From assembly GCF_006345805.1 (NCBI RefSeq), contig NC_043011.1, positions 6,634,001 to 6,698,000 on the forward strand: 64,000 nucleotides of DNA, written 5' to 3'. This document shows positions 48,301 to 61,932 of this stretch, in pieces; the first letter of the stretch is position 1; every line of letters starts with the position of its first letter. Origin of the DNA: Octopus sinensis. Lineage: Eukaryota. The notes beneath the pieces are model-generated. The model made no database searches. It was given only the letters and a program-made list of their open reading frames with translations, and was not told where the DNA came from. The translations under genes were made by a program, and so were the position numbers.

Positions 48301-48533
48301 AAGGCGGCGAGCTGGCAGAAACGTTAGTACGCCTGGCGAAATGCGTAGCCATATTTCGCCTGCCGTTACGTTGTGGGTTCAAATTCCGCTGAGGTCGACT
48401 TTGCCTTTCATCCTTTCGGGATCGATAAATTAAGTGCCAATTACGCACTGGGGCTGATGTAATCGACTTAATCCGTTTGTCTGTCCTTGTTTGTCCTCTC
48501 TGTGTTTAGTCCCTTGTGGGTAGTAAAGAAATA
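48301..48533 (+). mobile_element. SINE family B, full length
   Basis: Near-consensus; AGAATTT on both flanks. Confidence 0.9.
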
Positions 48534-48699
48534 GAATTTAATTCTCATTGACTCAACATCAATGAGATTAGAGGTACAAAAACTGGTTTTTGTAAAGTCT
48601 GCAAAAGTATTTGAGTACAACTAAGGAACTGATTTTCTGGAAGTTGATGTTCTGGTACCATTTTCTTTAATACAGACATAATTTTGGGACAACATTTAA

Positions 48700-48913
48700 C
48701 CCTTTAGCATTTGGATTATTCTGTCAAATGTAATCCTTATTTATCCACATTGTTTTGAATAAATCCTGCATTGTCTCATAGCTTCCAGATTTTAATGTTA
48801 AGATTGTTTATTTTTAGGCTGACATTGTTGGGTAGGCATGAGATGCCAGATCTGGCTGGTTTGAACTTAAAACAGGTAATCAGGCCAGATATGGCCGATT
48901 GAAATGTTAAAGT
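48700..48913. mobile_element. piggyBac-like MITE P1
   Basis: TTAA-CCCTTTAGCATTTGGATTATTCTGTC...GATATGGCCGATTGAAATGTTAAAG. Confidence 0.75.
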
Positions 48914-49247
48914 GGACCCCTCAGTGAAATTGATAATCTAGGATTAAGGGTCTGGAACCAAGGATGGTGGGAAATTTGTTCTATACCCATGTCATAAGTG
49001 TCTGTGTGTCTTGCTTGCGAAAGGGTTAAGTTTCCTGCAACTAGTATTAATAACTTTTCAGTATCCAAGCTTTCATGGCACACGTTTACTCATCAGGAAC
49101 ATTATGAAGGCACTTTCTTTACGCCTGACTTAAATAAACAGGAATGTGTTAATGTTTAAATCTAATACCATGAGCTAAACCCCTAAAAACCCTCCTCAGT
49201 GAAGTTAACAGATAAGAAGACAGTATCTAACAAAAAAAGTAAATATA

Positions 49248-50970
49248 GGCGTAGGAGTGGCTGTGTGGTAAGTAGCTTGCTAACCAACCACATGGTTCCG
49301 GGTTCAGTCCCACTGCGTGGCATCTTGGGCAAGTGTCTTTGGTAGATGGAAACTGAAAGAAGCCTGTCGTATATATGTATATATATATATGTATGTGTCT
49401 GTATATGTTTGTGTGCCTGTCCCCCTAGCATTGTTTGACAACCAATGCTAGTGTGGTTATGTCCCCGTTACTTAATGGTTCGGCAAAAGAGACCGATAGA
49501 ATAAGTACTGGGCTTACAAAAGAATAAGTCCCGGGATCGAGTTGCTCGACTAAAGGCGGTGCTCCAGCATGGCCGCAGTGAAATGACTGAAACAAGTAAA
49601 AGAGTAAAGAGTATGTGCCCTTCATGGTTTCAAGAGAGGGTCTAGAGGAGGTTCATTGCTTAAGGGGTTAGAACATGGCAGTAGATGGTCTTTTAAACAT
49701 TTGTTGTACATTCGTCTTCTAATGAGTTGGAAGAATGTCTCCAAATTCCTGACATACTCTCTTTCTCTTTTACTTGTTTCAGTCATTTGACTGCGGCCAT
49801 GCTGGAGCACCGCCTTTAGTCGAGCAAATCGACCCCGGGACTTATTCTTTTGTAAGCCCAGTACTTATTCTATCGGTCTCTTTTGTCAAACCACTAAGTG
49901 ACGGGGACGTAAACAAACCAGCATCGGTTGTCAAGCAATGCTAGGGGGACAACCACACACACACACACAAACATATATATATACATATATACGACAGGCT
50001 TCTTTCAGTTTCCGTCTACCAAATCCACTCACAAGGCATTGGTCGGCCCGGGGCTATAGCAGAAGACACTTGCCCAAGGTGCCACGCAGTGGAACTGAAC
50101 CCGGAACCATGTGGTTGGTTAGCAAGCTACTTACCACACAGCCACTCCATGTTTCCATGTTATGAAGTTTTAATACCAAAAAGAAAGAAAACAAAAAGTT
50201 ATTAATATAGGTGTGCAGGAGTGGCTGTGTGGTAAGAAGCTTGCTTCCCAACCACATGGTCCCAGGGTTCAGTCCCACTGTGTGATACCTTGGACAAGTG
50301 TCTTCTACTAAAGCTTCGGGCCAACCAAAGCCTTGTGAGTGAATTTGGTAGACGGAAACTGGAAGAAGCCCATCATATACTCTTTTACTTGTTTCAGTCA
50401 TTTGACTGCAGCCATGCTGGAGCACCACCTTTAATCGAGCAACTTGACCCCGGGATTTATTCTTTTGTAAGCCCAGTACTTATTCTATTGGTCTCTTTTG
50501 CCAAACCGCTAAGTGACGAGGACGTAAACAAACCAGCATCGGTTGTCAAGCAATGCTAGGGGACAAACACAGACACACAAACACACATATATATATATAT
50601 ATACATATATACGATGGGCTTCTTTCAGTTTCCATCTACCAAATCCACTCACAAGGCATCGGTCAGCCCGAGGCTATAGTAGAGGACACTTGCCCAAGGT
50701 GCCACGCAGTGGGACTGAACCCGGAACCATGTGGTTGGTAGACAAGCTACTTACCACACAGCCACTCCTGCTATGTGTGTGGGTCTGTATTTGTCCCTCC
50801 CACCATTGCTTGACAACCGATGTTGGTGTGCTTATGTCCCAGTAACTTAGCGGTTTGGCAAAAGCGACTGATAGAATAAGTACTAGGATTACAAAGAGTA
50901 AGTAAGTTCTGGGATTGGTTTGTTTGACAAAGGCAGTGCTCCAGTATGGTCACAGTCAAATGGTAAAAGA
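49248..50970. mobile_element. Cluster of five family A SINEs or halves in alternating orientation
   Basis: + 49248-49610; - 49758-50148; + 50210-50378; - 50381-50770; + 3' half 50772-50970. Confidence 0.85.
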
Positions 50971-52487
50971 ATAATAAAGTGGAGGTAATCTGGTATGAAT
51001 TTATTCAGAATTGCTATTTTGTGGCCCCTCATTCTAGGATTAAGGGTCTGGAACCAAGGATGGGGGAAAATTCATTCCTTATTCATATTGTAAGTGTCCG
51101 TGGGTTTTGTGTGTTAAATAACGACAGACTAGAACTGAAACATACACACACACACACACACACACACATACACAAGTCATCAGTTTTGAAAAACAACGAT
51201 GTGTGTGTGTGCGTGTGCATGTGTGTATGTGTGTGTGCATGTGTGCATATGTGTGCGTGTGCATGTGTGTATGTGTGTGTGTGAGCAAGACACTTCATTT
51301 CATGTAGACCCAGTCTTCTCAGCCATTATGAGTACCACCCTTCCTCTCTCCTTCAGATTGTCATACCTTGGAGGTTCCGCTGGATCAGAAGTAGGGAGGA
51401 GGTGAGAGGGTGTAGATTTCTACTGGGAAGCCCCATGGGCACCTTAAATGGTTAACAAAAGCATGATATATACCAGCAGGTCATACTGTGACTGATGGCT
51501 ATGGTGCTCCTACTTGCATGTATATATGTGTGTGTGTATGTATAGGTGTGTGTATTATAGGTGGTTAGTTGTGTTAATTGTAAAAAAGGAAAAAAAAGAA
51601 AGAAAATCCGTTATGCAGTTTATCTTAATTAGGAGAACCTATTTCAGTGGTGTATTGATTAAAGATAAATACCTCCCATATAATCATAGAGCAAAGTTTG
51701 AAGACACCCCAAAGCATGGATACATTTCAATGTGGAACACCAGCATTGGCAGTACCATTTTTATAAACCTCCCATTCCCTGTTCATTATCTTCAATGTCT
51801 AGCTACAACTGGAAGCACCATTTCTTGATTGGTCTCAACTATTTCCAGGTCTCCTGCTAGCAATGCCAATATGGAGTTAATGTTGCTGTGACGTCTAACC
51901 ATTATTGGAATTGAGAACCCTTGTTAATGAAGAAACTCTTTCAAGTTTCTATAGACTCCTGGCAACATCCTGTAGTGGTGGTCACAACAACAATACCAAC
52001 AACCAGCATTTCCACTAACCACTACAAACCACCACTGTTACCACCATCACCACCACCCAAACAACAACCTTAACTGTAAATACATAACACTCACAACAAA
52101 CTGGCGACCATCATAAGAGTTACAACATGTATGTGTGTGTGTCAGTATGTGTGTAAATGTGGGTGGGTGGGTGGTTTGGTGAGGGTATGGTTTGAAAGAT
52201 GAAGTTGGTTTTGCAATTATGAGGTCTTAGGGTCAATCCCAAAGCAAGTATCTTTCCTCAGAGCCAACTCTTACACATAACTAAAAAAAGAAGAAAAAAA
52301 TGGTATTTATATATTCCAACTTAGAAATTATAAATATTTTGGATCATTGGAATTTTTAATTAAACACTTCTTCAATAAGTTTAATTTATTAATTGGAAGG
52401 TTTATGAAAATAAACAAAAGACGAAGGCAGGTGGTGTACAAACAAATAATGTATTAGTATGGCGCCCAGGAATAGAAATAAAACAAG

Positions 52488-52525
52488 TCTTTTACGTTTC
52501 GAGCCTACGCTCTTCGACAGAAAGA
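52488..52525 (-). ncRNA. Minimal hammerhead-like motif, A6U core variant
   Basis: Minus strand: TCTTT-CTGTCGA-A-GAGC-GTAG-GCTC-GAAAC-GTA-AAAGA. Confidence 0.6.
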
Positions 52526-52765
52526 TACACTTCTTTATTAATCAAATTGTTTCTAATTTCAGCTCAAAGCTAGCAGTTTTGAGGGAAGGTAGTTATTCTT
52601 TCTCATTGGCAATACTTGACCACAACTTTATTCTTGGTTTGGGCATTTTTCAGTTTATATCATTTTTTGTTATTGTGATACTTTTTTATGGGATGGCTGA
52701 ATATGATGTCGAATAGCCAATTACACACCAAGGCTAACTTGAAACCAATAAGAGAAACTATTTAA

Positions 52766-53026
52766 GCAAGGAGATGGAAATGGCTGGGTTTTGCTGCTAT
52801 AAACCGAACTCAGTTGTCGGGATCCCTTTGCAATGGGTTCCACAAGGTGAAAGAAGCCATGACCAACCATAGGAAATGTGGCGGAGAACAATAGCAAAAG
52901 ATCTTAGAAGAAGTAGAGGGTTAACAATGGAACAAACTATCAAAGATGCTTTCAGTGTTGGAAGATGGAATGATCTTGATGTCACCTCGAGTGCCGCAAG
53001 GCACAATGAGAACTGAGTGAATGAAT
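52766..53026 (+). mobile_element. RTE LINE ORF C-terminal fragment (second RTE subfamily) with TGAGTGAATGAAT tail
   Basis: ARRWKWLG, frameshift, then LQWVPQGERSHDQP*EMWRRTIAKDL...GLT...GRWNDL...ARHNEN*. Confidence 0.8.
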
Positions 53027-53076
53027 AAATTTTCCAGTTTATGAAAAATAATTCCTGTAGAAAGCATGAAGGAATA

Positions 53077-53575
53077 CAGGGATTCCTCGACTTGCGCAAG
53101 TAATTGGGGGACACGCAAGTTGAGTACCAGATATTGTTTTCTATAAATATTTTCCGGGATAACTGCTAAATATTGTTATATTAAAGAAACACTTGGAGAA
53201 AGTATTGAATGAACTTTTTTTCTATTTGAAACCAAAAAAACTTTTATTGGTGACTGCTTTGTACGAATACAAATTACAAAAAATAATACAAATTGTTTAA
53301 TGATTATAAACAGAAAATAGAAAAATACATAGCAAATAAACTTACTTATTCAGTTGATCAAACATTTTTTTATAACAAAAAAAATCATGTTCCAAATTAA
53401 TTTGCACTCACATACATCGGTCAGACAAGGCAATGCAGCCATGGAGAATAAATATTTTTACAACAAGCGCAAGTCGAGAATACAACTTGTGCAACCTGAA
53501 CACTCGGCATCAAAAGTTGGCTCGCGCCAGTCGAATTTCACACAAGTTGAACTCGCGCAAGTCGGGGAATTCCTA
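53077..53575. mobile_element. pogo/Tigger-like MITE
   Basis: TA-CAGGGATTCCTCGACTTGCGC ... GCGCAAGTCGGGGAATTCCTA-TA; subterminal GCGCAAGT repeats. Confidence 0.8.
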
Positions 53576-53944
53576 TATTTAAAAGAGGCCACTTCCCGAA
53601 AAATGTCATCTAATTCTGGCTGTCTTTTAATGGTAGACATGGAATATTTCAACTAGTACCATTCAATGGTAAGGGGTATCAAATTAGAGCAACATGAATT
53701 GTAGTAGAAGTGAAGGTTAGGGTTATAATGGTGGTGGTGGTGGTGCTAGAATTAACAGTGGAGGTAGTAGTGATGGTGATGCTAGTAAAAGCTTCAATAG
53801 AGGTAATGGTTGATGGTGGTAAGAATTTGTGCTAGAAATAGCTGTAATTGTAGTAACTATGATGGTGGTAGTAGTGTTAGTAACAGCTGTAGTCTTGGTG
53901 GTAGTTGTGATGATGGTGTTACAACTGTAGTCATAGTGATTGTG

Positions 53945-53975
<31 letters not shown>

Positions 53976-55467
53976 CAGTGATGGTTGTGGTTTTGGTGCT
54001 AGTACACAGTAAGCTGTTTTGGCATAACTAGAACAAAGAATTAATAACATCAATCTGGCCAATTCCTTCTCTCGTTTTCATAGAACTGCAAACATTATTA
54101 AGTTCTGACAATGAAGTTAGAGAATTCTTGCAATCAAGGAAGACACCAAAAAATGTCTCACAGGCATTACCATATTGACTGACAGCACCACACCACTAGG
54201 GAGGAGAGGGTCTGGTTTTGGAGACCACACTCCCCTCTTCACCTCTGTCCTCTCCCACATAACTGTGTTCAAGAATAACATGAAATTACCAATAATTGGT
54301 TTTACTAGGTCTAAAGAATGTCAGGGGTCCGGTCATCCCACAGAGAGATTGGAAAGGGGGGAACCCCCTCCACTCATCTTTGGTAATTTAAATTCCATTA
54401 CTGATGCTGAAAAAAAGTATTTATCTGTGGATGGCTCAGTCAAGCTAGCTGTAAAATAGGTCCCAGGTGTGTGTGTGTGTGTGCGTGTGTTATTTAGTCA
54501 GCCCTGATGCAGCAGACTTTTGGTCGGAGGCTTTCCAGCCATGACCATCTTGTTTTATATTATTATAAAGAGCATCTGGGATTACATTATCTAATGTGTC
54601 ATACTCTGTCGATAAGATGGTAGAGTATGATTTGAGGCAGATTTGGCTGTTATTTCTAGTATGTGGAATGACCACATAAAAACTTCCATAGAAGTGTGTG
54701 TGTGTATAGGGGTGGTCGTCATTGGAAGTGATGGCAATTTACTGATACATATAAAGATTGCAGGGACAAAACTAGGAAATACCAGGGTTGCCATATTGAG
54801 GGCCGGAGGGAGTCCCATCAACAGCCTCTGGCCCCCACACACTGCAATGGTGTAATCTGAGCCACTAATCCAAGATATGAGATGGATTAATGCAACAGAT
54901 GATTCCAAGTGCTGACTGGTCTTCTACCATCGTCACCCATGTTGGCACTTTGGACTTACCCTTGTTTCTTCTTATCACTCTTAATGTCCAAATCCTCCTG
55001 GTCCCTCAACTAACCATGACACCCAGTCCTACTTCCCCTGCAATATTGATCCCCATCTCCCACCGGAATTTACTTTGCTGTTCATCAGTCTTTGACTGGC
55101 AATACTTTCAAGAAAGGGAATGGGATTTAAGGGCCTGTGAAGGTCAAGGGCACACAGCTCCCTTGCTACACACACAATTCAGAAATAAACCTGCCTAATA
55201 CCACCCCTCTCTTACACACACACACACACACTACCTAACACCACTCCTCTCTCATATTTTACACCTGACACCACACCTCTCTTACACATCATATACTCCT
55301 CCTTCTTACTGCTTCACTCTCTCAATGTATAATCCGCCCCCCCCCGCCCATCTCTCAGATACACACATCACATTACATACTCTACTCCTAATAAATCGCT
55401 ATCCCTACCAAACACATACCCTGCAAAGTGCCACACCCTCACACATACTCTACCTAATACACCACCA

Positions 55468-55500
<33 letters not shown>

Positions 55501-55655
55501 TCATTTCCTCATTACCAACTTCCATACAGAGGCTCCCCCTCCACCACCACCCTCTCACTCACCAATTTTACTTACCATCTCTGCTATATAAATAAGTGTA
55601 GGAAAAAAAGGGGGAGCAGAGGGGGAAGGGGTAGAGGTAGAGAAGCCAAAAGCTC

Positions 55656-55657
<2 letters not shown>

Positions 55658-55740
<83 letters not shown>
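55658..55740. repeat. Pure (GA)n microsatellite
   Basis: Direct reading. Confidence 0.95.
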
Positions 55741-55744
<4 letters not shown>

Positions 55745-55910
55745 GCAAATGAGGAAGAGAGGTGGATGAAGAAAGGGGAAACATCAGTAAGAGAGTACCA
55801 CACACACAAAGGAAATATGTAGAGATAGTAAAGTACTAAGAGAGTACGTGAGGAAGATATATATAAATATATACACACACACATAAATATACATATGTGT
55901 ATATATATAT

Positions 55911-55959
<49 letters not shown>

Positions 55960-55990
55960 GATATATATATATACAAACATATATGTGCGC

Positions 55991-56023
<33 letters not shown>

Positions 56024-56134
56024 AGAGAGAGAGAGAGAGGTGTATATAATAAACTGGGTTAAGTTGGTGTTGGAGAAGGAAAATTTTGATGGCAATGGTA
56101 GTGGTGCTCCCTATCATGTGTGTATATATGTGTG

Positions 56135-56178
<44 letters not shown>

Positions 56179-56202
56179 CACCCACATACATATGTATGTA
56201 TG

Positions 56203-56233
<31 letters not shown>

Positions 56234-57486
56234 ATGTATAAAGTGAGTAGGATAAAAAATGGTGTCAGGAAAGGGGATATGGGTGGGTGAAAGGAGAAAA
56301 TATGGGGTGGTGGTGGTGGTGTTGAGTGAATGGTAGCAGAAAACAGATGGGGGGAGGCAGAGAGTAATTGAGGAAGTCCCTCCTACCACATTAACATTTC
56401 TTTCAGCTCAGAACCCAAATATATATAAAAAAACAACAACAAAACCATACCCCCCCAAAAAAAGAACTAAACTACAACCACATCCAGTTTAACCCTAGAA
56501 TATCATAGAACAGAGAAAGTCTTGATGAAATAAGGATGGTGGTGGTGGTGGTGATGGTAGAGGTGTTGACATGGGCAGCGAACAAGGTGGACTTAGTCAT
56601 GGTGAAACAGTTGTTGTCCCCGTATTTCTCCAATGCTCTTCTGCCCAACATAAAATGTTTGAGACCCGTGGCTGCTATTTCTGTGGTTGTCTGGAGCTGC
56701 CCTCCACCCTCGTCGCCCCCCCCCTGCCGAGAATGGTAGATAAGGGTGTTGTTGTTGTTGTAGTAGTAGTATCTGAAGTGGTAGAGATAGTGTTGTTAGG
56801 CTGCTGTTGTAGTAGTGATTGGACTGGACTGGCCGGCGGTGGTGGTGGTGGTGGCAGAGATAATACTAGGAGGACAATGATTTACTACTGTTCAGGTGAG
56901 AGAGAGAGAGAAAGGAGGGAGAGAAAGGGGAGGGAGAGAGAGAGAGAGAGAGAGAGAGTATTACAGACTCTTTTCTCTTTTGTTTCAGTTATTAGACTGT
57001 GGCCATGCTGGGGCTTGACACTAATTCTAATGTATTTTTCTTTTGCTGAACCACTAAGTCACAGGGACCTAAAAATACTAACATTGATTGTCAAGTGGTG
57101 GTGGGGGACAAACACACATACTCTGGGCTTCTTTCAGTTTCCATCTGCCAAATCCACTTGCAAGACCTTGGGCAGCCTGAGGCTATAGTAAAAGATGCTT
57201 GCTCAAGGTGTCACGCAGTGGGACTGAACCTGGAACCATGCAGTTTGCTTTGAATATTGTTTGAAACTGTAAGCTGTATTGAAAGGACCATTACTTCATA
57301 AGGAGATAAACAAGGAGATTTTGTAATGTTCATGCTTATCTAGAAAACACTGTCAGTGACTATAGTGAATTGAGGTTAGGTGGGAATAGAAAGAAGCTGG
57401 AAACTAAGGACCATGGGTGCCTTTATGCTAGAAATAGCAGCCAGAATCCATTCAATTATACTCTCTCTGTTTATTTTCTCGTGTTC

Positions 57487-57522
57487 CTTTCTGCTGAAGA
57501 GCGTAGGCTCGAAACGTAAAAG
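57487..57522 (+). ncRNA. Minimal hammerhead-like motif, A6C core variant (same family as 52488)
   Basis: CTTT-CTGCTGA-A-GAGC-GTAG-GCTC-GAAAC-GTA-AAAG. Confidence 0.6.
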
Positions 57523-57624
57523 ACTTTCTCATCCTCCCGAGCATCAAACTAATACACCTGATTGTTGTTTGTACACCTGTCTTTGTCTTTAGTTTTTTTT
57601 GTAAATTCCAACTGTACTCTAAGT

Positions 57625-57959
57625 CAGTGCTATTCGAAGTGGTGGTCTGTGGACCGGTGCCTGTCCACGAACCATCAGCTGCCGGCATGTGGCAAGTTTC
57701 CACAAAGCAAAGAAACAATAGCATAGTTCCAGTAATTTTGCCCTATACACTACAGGAAGCAACTTCTCAGCTTATGAAATATTGTATTATTTGTTTACAA
57801 AATAAATATAAGATACAAAAAATTGTCAACTTTTATTATATTCATAACATATATTGTTTCCAGTATAAATTGATATTGCTAAGAAATATTACCGGTTCCT
57901 GGCACCGTGGAAAAGAAAAACTGCTGATACCCCCACGCCAGATAATTTGAGAAGCACTG
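57625..57959. mobile_element. hAT (Charlie-like) MITE
   Basis: Ends CAGTGCTATTCGAA and TTGAGAAGCACTG; 8-bp TSD CTCTAAGT/TTCTAAGT. Confidence 0.85.
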
Positions 57960-58738
57960 TTCTAAGTGAACCCTCGATATATAAAATAATGACATGATCA
58001 TCACTAAAATACTTTTGTCCAATACCTACCTGGGGTTAAACAATATGAACTGACTGTAGAGACAGAGTCTGATTACAATGATTGATAAGGTGGAGGTCAT
58101 GTTTGGAAAGGAATTACTGTAGGTAGCATGATGAGGGTAGAAGTGTGCGAATGTGGCTTATTCAGGATGTTACTGGAATTTCGTGGGTGTGGTCACTGAT
58201 ATATTGCCAGTAGTGTGGGTGTGGTTGTATTGACAGTGGTGTGGGTGCCCCATCGTTCTGTTGACATTGTTGTAGTAGCTGTGGGTGTGGCCATGGTTGT
58301 ATTGACAGTTGTGGTTGTTATCAACAAGGTTGTTGTTTATCTCTGGGCCAGTCAAGGACCCATCAGTTTCATGATCAAATGTGTTGCAGTTGTGACCATC
58401 ACATCTTTTTATTCAGACATATTGTATCTAGGTCAACATTAATGTGTTGTCCTTCTTGCTTGAGTGCGATTTGAAAGAGATGTGATGCTATATCTAACAA
58501 ATTGATTGACCGCATAGAGGCTCTCTCGGTGCACCAAGAGTTGTCTGTTTCAAGTTTTTAGTCTTTAGTCTAGTTGTGAGTGATGGGACTGAGAGTGATG
58601 GCATTGAGATGTGTGGTGAATTGCTATATCATCACACTCACTCATCCATCCAATCAGGTTATGATGATGAGGAGGGTCGTGGTGGTGGTATGTGTAGAAC
58701 ATGAGTATCTAACATTCATTGTCATCACCATTGCTAAT

Positions 58739-58968
58739 ACCTATTTCTTTATTATCCACAAGATGCTAAACACAGAGAGGACAAACAAGGACAGACATAG
58801 GTATTAAGTCGATTACATCGACCCCAGTGCGTAACTGGTACTTAATTTATCGACCCCGAAAGGATGAAAGGTAAAGTTGACCTCGGCGGAATTTGAACTC
58901 ACAACATAACGCAGATGAAATACAGCTAAGCATTTCGCCCGGCGTGCTAACGTTTCTGCCAGCTCGCC
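58739..58968 (-). mobile_element. SINE family B
   Basis: Near consensus; flanking duplication CCATTGCTAATACC. Confidence 0.9.
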
Positions 58969-59506
58969 ATTGCTAATACCATCATCATTAACATCGTTAT
59001 CAATCACCATCAATCAATCAATCACTATCAATCAATCATAAAAATGCCTGAGTTTCATAACTGGTCATGGGTTTGATAGGTCAACCCACCATACATCACT
59101 CGTTATTGCTAGATGGCATCAGTGATCTTGATGTTGCACCCTGCTTCCTCCCTGGCAAGGGGAAGGGCCAGGGGTGTCTAGCAACCAAGAACCAGGACCC
59201 CCCACCACATGTCCTCCCTTCCCCAACACAAAGCACACATTCCAATACCTAACACATGGTACCACCACATGCGCACACACACACACACACATGCGTGCAT
59301 CTACATCAGGGTCGTTATCTCACAGCCACGATAATTCAATTTGATAAAATTTAATCTAAAGACAGTCGTGTATTTTTTAATTAGACCCGGGGTATAGAGT
59401 AAGGGGAAACAGTGATGTAGATCTGGGTATAAATACAGGGTGTATATAGTTTGGAAACGGAATAGGAGAGGAGACAAGTTTATTTTAAAAAGAAGGGGAA
59501 TCTCTG

Positions 59507-59537
<31 letters not shown>

Positions 59538-59689
59538 TGTGTGTGTGTATGTGTGTATGTGTATGTGTGTATGTGTGTGTGTGTGTGTGTGTATGTGTGT
59601 GTGTATGTGTATGTATGTGTGTGTGTATGTATGTATGTGTGTGTGTGTATGTGTGTGTTGTATGTATGTATGTGTGTGTGTGTATGTGT

Positions 59690-60490
59690 GTGTGTGTGTG
59701 TTGCCTCCTCCCACCCCGCACCTATGCACTTGTGTTGATGTATGTGTGGGTAGGTGTGTATTTTTGGGGGCGGTGTGAGTGTGTTTATATAGAGGCAGGT
59801 GTGTCTATAGACGGGGGGGGGCTGCAGAGTTGAAGTGTAGAACTTTGCGCGCGCGCGTGTGTGTGTGTGTGGTGTGTTACATATTACTACCAGATGTTGG
59901 AAAGATATACCAAAATGGTGTATTGGTTCACAAAGATATGGATAGGAGAGAGAGAGGAAGAGAGGGGGGGGATAGGTCAGTTGTGCACTGGTGCTTACCA
60001 CTACAATAACAACAGCAACTCTGTGTGTGTGTGTATGTGTGTATGTGTGTATGTGTGTGTGTGTATGTGTGTGTTGTATGTGTGTGTGTGTATGTGTGTG
60101 TGTATGTATGTATGTGTGGTGTGTGTATGTGTGTGTGTTTGTGTGTTGCCTCCTCCCACCCCGCACCTATGCACTTGTGTTGATGTATGTGTGGGTAGGT
60201 GTGTATTTTTGGGGGCGGTGTGAGTGTGTTTATATAGAGGCAGGTGTGTCTATAGACGGGGGGGGGCTGCCAGAGTTGAAGTGTAGAACTTTGCGCGTGT
60301 GTGTGTGTGTGTGTGTGTTTACATATTACTACCAGATGTTGGAAAGATATACCAAAATGGTGTATTGGTTCACAAAGATATGGATAGGAGAGAGAGAGGA
60401 AGAGAGGGGGGGGATAGGTCAGTTGTGCACTGGTGCTTACCACTACAATAACAACAGCAACTCTGTGTGTGTGTGTATGTGTGTGTGTTT
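59690..60490. repeat. ~445-bp tandem duplication bounded by (TG)n
   Basis: TTGCCTCCTCCCACCCCGC at 59701 and 60146; near-identical copies. Confidence 0.95.
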
Positions 60491-60499
60491 GTGTGTGTG

Positions 60500-60542
<43 letters not shown>

Positions 60543-61932
60543 ATATTGATGAAAAAGTGTTGTTGATGTCAGTTTCGTTGTGTGGAAGGTGGGTCTACTG
60601 AAGTGGGGAGGGGGTTGGTGAGGGTGCAAACGAGTTGGTGGAGTGCCAACCAAGTGACTATAGGGGGAGGGTGTCCCCGAGGCAAGGACCCCCTTCATCT
60701 GAGCTGGTGAAGGCATTAACTCCAAGCCCTTCTGTTATTGAAACTACAACACGAAGGGAGGCCTCTCTACATGGCAATTTATCTGCTAAAAATAGCAGCC
60801 AAATCTCACTTCACATCCTACTGTCTAAAAGAATAAAGAATGATAAATCAGGCAATGATGTAGCTCTAAGATATACTAAGAAAAGTGTTGGGATAGTCAT
60901 GGTCAGAGAACCTAAACAACAATGTAGGATATATATTTCCCCAGTGTCATACTGATATGGCGGAAAATTGAAAAACAGGTTGGGGTTAATGACAGGAAGA
61001 GCAACCAGCTGTAAAATAATGTTTCACTAGAATATTTATGTAACCCATGCCAGCATAGAAAAACATGTAAAAACAAGTGTGTAGACATAGCTGTGTAGTT
61101 AAGCAGTTTTCTTCCCAACCATATGGTTCCAGGTTCAGTCCCACGGTACCTTGCACAGGTGCCTTCTATGATAGTCGTGGACTGACCAAAGCCTTGTGAA
61201 TGGATTTGGCTGACAGAAACTAAAATAAACCCGTTGTCAGATGGACTGCCTTGTGGTATTTGTCCAGTTTTCTGCATTCTGAGTTTATATCCCTTTGGGG
61301 ATCAACATTGCCTTCCATATTTTCAGGGTCATCATCAGGGCTGCATCAGGCTCCATTTGGCAGGGTTTCTATGGCTGGATACCCTTCCTAATGTCAACCA
61401 CTTTACAGAGTGTACTTTTTAGGTGGCACCAACACCAGTGCATTTTACGTGGCACCAGCACCAGTGCCATTTACGTGGCACCATCATACTGCAAAATTGT
61501 ATGTAGCTGCCATAATTGTGTGGTGTATGCAGAAGAGTTGAAAAATCCTGGAAAACAGTATTTGTAGAATAATTACAGATCAAAACAGGAAATTGGAAAA
61601 ATAAACAAGATAAACAAAGTCTTCATGCATTAAGATTTCTTCAAGACTTTCTTCGTCTCCAAAAGGTTATCTTAACTGTCAACATTGATATGGCTTACAG
61701 TTTAGATGAAGCCAATTCCAAACTACCACAATATTTAGAATGTTCTCACAGCCACAAGTTCTAATATCAACGACAAGCAGAAGTTGGCAGGTAACAGAAT
61801 CGTTGTGCTAGTTATTTAGAGTCTCTTACATTCCAGGTTCAAATCCTGACAAGGTCAACTTTACCTTTCATTTTTTTTTTAGGAATAAAATAAAATAAAG
61901 TTCCAGTTGAGTACTGTGGATGATTTAAATGA

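Noticed and set aside
53025-53652. Minus-strand frame that stays open when the pogo-like MITE is excised (KRQPELDDIFREVASFKYSFMLSTG...)
   Set aside because: Only about 40 codons with no recognisable family and no clear splice sites; plausible by chance.
61310-61342. Minus-strand CTGATGA...GAAA motif
   Set aside because: Only 7 nt lie between the core strands, with no credible stem II, stem III or stem I.
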